Below are positions 28,244-31,624 of a stretch of DNA of 31,624 nt, in pieces (position 1 is the stretch's first letter; each line of letters opens with the position of its first letter). The position numbers were made by a program, and so were the translations under genes. Source of the stretch: an uncultured Acidobacteriota bacterium (GTDB taxonomy: Bacteria > Actinomycetota > Acidimicrobiia > Spongiisociales > ZC4RG35); contig CAWHEU010000003.1 in NCBI GenBank assembly GCA_963828465.1, forward strand, positions 1-31,624, written 5' to 3'. Below the pieces are notes generated by a model. The model made no database searches, was not told the origin of the DNA, and was given only the letters and a program-made list of their open reading frames with translations.

Positions 28244-28420
28244 GTGGCAGAGCGCAAGAGCTTCCTGCTGCGGGTGAGCCCGGACCTGCACGCCGCCCTG
28301 GAGAAATGGGCGGCGGACGAGCTGCGCAGTGTCAACGCCCAGATCGAGTTTCTCCTCACCCGGGCGGTGCGAGAATCAGGTCGGGTGCGCAAGAAACAGG
28401 ACCAGAAGAGGAGCCGATGA
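28244..28420 (+). CDS. Arc-family ribbon-helix-helix DNA-binding protein (58 aa; missing from the ORF track)
   Basis: GTG 28244 follows [53 protein letters not shown]... ATGA overlap with the GNAT gene. Confidence 0.88.
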   Translation: MAERKSFLLRVSPDLHAALEKWAADELRSVNAQIEFLLTRAVRESGRVRKKQDQKRSR

Positions 28421-28740
28421 CTCACGATCACGACGTCGTCGTACGCAACGATGCCGACAATCACCGATATGTCCTCGAATTGGATGGGGAACCCGCCGGC
28501 CTCACGGTCTATCACGTCCGTGGCGGTCGGCATTACTTCGTCCACACCGAGATCAACGCTGGTCACGGGGGTGAGGGTCTGGGCTCGGTCCTGGTCCAGG
28601 GTGCCCTCGACGACGTTCGGGCCCGTGGGGAAACCATCGTCCCCCTCTGCCCCTTCGTCACCGCCTGGCTCGCACGTCACCCCGATTACCAGGACCTGAT
28701 CGATCAGGCCGCCCTGGACCGGATCAACCGGGCCGACTGA
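28417..28740 (+). CDS. Minimal GNAT N-acetyltransferase (YjdJ-like)
   Basis: [12 protein letters not shown]...FVHTEI...[28 protein letters not shown]. Confidence 0.9.
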   Translation: MTHDHDVVVRNDADNHRYVLELDGEPAGLTVYHVRGGRHYFVHTEINAGHGGEGLGSVLVQGALDDVRARGETIVPLCPFVTAWLARHPDYQDLIDQAALDRINRAD

Positions 28741-28773
28741 CATGTCACCCCCGGGGTGTATACCTAGGGAGTC

Positions 28774-29907
28774 ATGCCCGAATACCAATCACTCGAGCCC
28801 ATAGACCCCCGGGAGGCGTTCGGAGTCACCCCCGGGCCTGAAGCGGTCGAGACCCGATCCACTGCTGCCTCACAGGCGGCACTTCTCCTGGCTGCTCGGG
28901 CGGGCGTCCTTGGTCAGGAAGACGAGATCGAGGAACTGGAGCGGGAGGTGGCGGAGGAACCCAACTTCGATCTTCCCGACCTGAGGCCGTTGGAGAGATC
29001 GCAGCGCATCCCGGTCGAGGAGGCAACACGCCCGCTCAGCATGTCACAGACCGAGCTCAGGACCGAGTCGGCGCCGGCAGTGCAAGAACAGATGGCGCGG
29101 ACAGTCGACGACCTGTATCGGAGCCCATCATTCGAGGATGCAGCGGCTCTGTTCGAGGCCGGGATGCAAAGCCCCCATCCCCTGGTCCGTGTCGCCGCGG
29201 CGGCAGGCGCAAGGGAGACGACGAGACTCCGACCCCAGATCCGGCTCATTCTCGAAGAAGGAGCCGTCGACGAAGACCCCCTCGTCTCGCGTCTCGCCCT
29301 CGAAGCTCTGCGTCAGATCGATCCGAAGGATCCCAAGGTCCAGGAGGCAGTCAAACCCCAGCCACCGTCGAAGAAGCGGAGCCGCAAGTCGAAGACCGCA
29401 GCTCTCACCCACGGCACCTGGGCCAGCGAACAGCTCTGGTACCAGCCTCGGGGTGATTTCTACGAGGCGCTGAAGCGGAAGAAGCCCGCCCTCCACGTCC
29501 ACGACAAGAGCTTCAAGTGGACAGGGTCTTATACGGACGCCGGGCGCCGGGCGGCTGCCCTCGCCTTGAAGCAGTGGATCGGTGACCAGGGGCTCGACAC
29601 CCCCGATTTCTTCGCCCACAGCCATGGGGGCACGGTGGCCAATCTGGCCACAAAGCAAGGCGTGGAGTTCAAGAATCTGGTGCTGCTCGCATGGCCGGTC
29701 CACACCCAGTGGCTGCCCGACTTCTCCAAGGTCGATCGGATCATCGACATCAGGGTGAGGCTCGATTTGGTCATCACTCTGGACCGTGGCGGACAGCGCT
29801 TTCCCGGCCACCCCAAGGTGGAGGAGCATCGGAACGGATGGTTCGACCATCCGGCCCCGCATGAGCCTCCATATTGGGACGAGCACGGCCTGTGGGTCAC
29901 GATCTGA
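28774..29907 (+). CDS. Alpha/beta-hydrolase-fold protein with an N-terminal HEAT-like helical region
   Basis: HEAT-like SPHPLVRVAAAAG and DEDPLVSRLALEAL, oxyanion motif THGTW, nucleophile elbow AHSHGG, VLLAWPV, and C-terminal D and H candidates. Confidence 0.75.
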   Translation: MPEYQSLEPIDPREAFGVTPGPEAVETRSTAASQAALLLAARAGVLGQEDEIEELEREVAEEPNFDLPDLRPLERSQRIPVEEATRPLSMSQTELRTESAPAVQEQMARTVDDLYRSPSFEDAAALFEAGMQSPHPLVRVAAAAGARETTRLRPQIRLILEEGAVDEDPLVSRLALEALRQIDPKDPKVQEAVKPQPPSKKRSRKSKTAALTHGTWASEQLWYQPRGDFYEALKRKKPALHVHDKSFKWTGSYTDAGRRAAALALKQWIGDQGLDTPDFFAHSHGGTVANLATKQGVEFKNLVLLAWPVHTQWLPDFSKVDRIIDIRVRLDLVITLDRGGQRFPGHPKVEEHRNGWFDHPAPHEPPYWDEHGLWVTI

Positions 29908-29923
29908 CCGATCGCGAAGCCGC

Positions 29924-30277
29924 GTGAGCCTCGGGGGATCGCTGAAGGTGATCGGGGCGGGACTCGCCTTCCGCTCGGCAGGCACCGACGGAGCCGGATA
30001 CAAGCTCCTCGATGCGTTCTCCGGCGACGACGAACAGGAGAAGATGCTGGCCGGCATCTCCCTGGTCAAGGCGGGCGAGCGCTCGGTCGATCTGATCGAG
30101 AAGGCAGGCAAGACCGGTCGGCTCACACCGGAGGTCGTGCGTTTGCTCGCCGACATCGGCGGTCCCCGGTCCCGAGCCCTCCTCACCGAGCTCTCCGGCG
30201 AAACCGGCGCGGTGGCGACGGCCGCGATGGAGTCGCTCCAGGTGCTCGACCAGATCGAGGCGTTGGAAGACGACTAA
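29924..30277 (+). CDS. Small HEAT-repeat-like helical protein
   Basis: GTG 29924 lies 16 nt after the hydrolase stop. DDEQEKMLAGISLVKAGERSV, VVRLLADIGGPRSRALL and VATAAMESL. Confidence 0.65.
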   Translation: MSLGGSLKVIGAGLAFRSAGTDGAGYKLLDAFSGDDEQEKMLAGISLVKAGERSVDLIEKAGKTGRLTPEVVRLLADIGGPRSRALLTELSGETGAVATAAMESLQVLDQIEALEDD

Positions 30278-30345
30278 GTATCCGGCGTACGGGGATTTAC
30301 ACTGAACGGTCCGGCCTCGCGGGCTTTCGAGGGCCGTGGCTGTTC

Positions 30346-31624
30346 ATGAGGAGGGACAACTTGGATTCGCCGGCGCTCCATGAGGCACTGCACCGCCTCG
30401 CCGCCAATCATCGCTGGACGTGGACACCGTCTTGTCGACAGCTTCTCTTCTCGCTGCCCGGTGCAGCTCCGGCGCGACACCCGGTCTCGGTCGTATCCGA
30501 CCTCACTTCCGAACAGCTCGACGATCTCCTCGGTGACAGTGCCCTGGTAGAGAGCGTCTCCGTGGAGATCTCCGACCTCGACGCCCTGCTGGCCGATCCG
30601 GTGACTCCGGAGATCGCCTACTGCTCCCCCGAGTTCGGCATCGATGCGCTCGTTCCCCAATACGCAGGTGGCCTCGGGGTCCTCGCCGGTGATCATCTCA
30701 AGGCGGCCAGCGATCGGCGACTCCCGTTGGCCGGTGTCGGGCTTTTGTATAGACATGGCTACTTCGATCAGGAGATCGCCGATGGCGGGCAGACGGAGCA
30801 CTACCCGACCGTTGACCCTCTCCAGCTAGGAGCCATGGACACAGGCCTGGTGGGGAGCGTCCGACTTTCGGGTCGAGACGTCGCCGCACGGGTATGGCGA
30901 ATCGATGGCAGGTCCCGCTACTCGTCCTGGACACGAACGTCGAGCGAACAGTGAGCACGACCGTGGGATCACCGACCGTCTCTACGGTGGTGACCGCCAT
31001 CATCGTCTCGATCAGGAGATGGTATTGGGGGTCGGTGGCGCCCGGGCCTGGCCTCGCTGGGGAGCTGACCCCCGTGCATCACTTGAATGGGACCATGCCG
31101 GATTCATCGTGCTTCGACGTGATTGACCGGGTGATCGGAGGGAGGCGGTGTTCCACGACCTGTGGCCGTCAAACGGATCCGCCCCTGTGTGGTGTTCATC
31201 ACCGACACCCCGGCGCCCGCCGGTATCGATTGTTCTCCACCGTGATTTGATGATCCCCTATCTCGAAGCCTTGGGCCGAACGGTGGGCAGCCCCCGGAGA
31301 GAAGTCTGCCGGCGCGCTGGGACAGGACCTGGGCCGCGACAGCCACTTCAACATGGCCGCACCGGCCCTTCGCCCCGGTGAAGTCACGCCAACGGGGTCT
31401 CCAAGCTGCACGGCGAGGTGAGCCGCTGCCTCTTGGCCGGGACGGGGATCGGGGACGAGATCACGATCGATCACCAGGGTCGGCGCAAGCGCGCGGACCT
31501 GGGCCCGGCTCGACAGACAGAAGCGCCTTCGACGACGCCCTCGGCCCGGAAGTGGGCCGATGGCGATCCCGCAGCGTGGGACCGGGTGTCAGATCTCGAA
31601 GACGACCGGCTCGCCGCCATCCGG
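30346..31624 (+). CDS. glgP: Alpha-glucan (glycogen) phosphorylase, partial, with many frameshifts after ~30900
   Basis: AYCSPEFG, YAGGLGVLAGDHLKAASD, VGLLYRHGYFDQ, ITDRLYGGD, RLDQEMVLGVGG, HHLN and ANGVSKLHGEVSR, spread across frames. Confidence 0.9.

Noticed and set aside
28744-28836. CACCCC-C-GGGGTG palindrome and three ACCCCCGGG copies as a CsoR-like operator
   Set aside because: It lacks the TAC/GTA flanks, two copies lie inside the CDS, no copper genes are adjacent, and chance occurrence is plausible at this GC content.
349-31624. Many frameshifted genes (~598, 1329, 2195, 3900-4040, 4800-4855, 6634, 10132, 13091, 21418, 22178, >30900) as pseudogenes or programmed frameshifts
   Set aside because: Most are single-base indels in homopolymer runs, they affect unrelated genes whose motifs are otherwise intact, and they are densest near the window ends. 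Long-read error is the simplest explanation; read mapping would confirm it.

Overview
High-GC actinobacterial chromosomal DNA. The Cys-containing SLH repeats suggest Acidimicrobiia, which is an inference. It looks like a long-read assembly: at least eight genes are broken by 1-nt indels, mostly in homopolymer runs, and I treat these as sequencing errors. The centrepiece is a tightly coupled minus-strand cluster at 9456-19354: a membrane-anchored HExxH zincin, a small membrane protein, a surface vWA/MIDAS single-pass protein, a ~1130-aa tubulin/FtsZ-like GTPase (Tubulin_2/FtsZl1 type) and a ~990-aa multi-pass membrane protein. Directly upstream are a PQ-loop transporter and a membrane protein with two PmoC/AmoC-like D-x3-H-xn-H motifs. 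At the left end is a two-gene module whose small gene is absent from the ORF track: a membrane protein with a GWRxW/CGIYA/VIEHxxGYRA domain coupled to a ~50-aa Pro/Glu-rich peptide. It converges on a probable mazEF remnant. The rest is an SLH protein, an MDR oxidoreductase, a secreted His-rich protein, a UvrD-HRDC helicase, a beta-propeller lipoprotein, LtrA, an XRE/nucleotidyltransferase pair, an OmpR/BaeS-like two-component system, an SPFH-Arc-GNAT operon, a HEAT/alpha-beta hydrolase pair and a partial glycogen phosphorylase. Three regulator genes have visible candidate operators. I found no rRNA, tRNA, CRISPR array or transposase.
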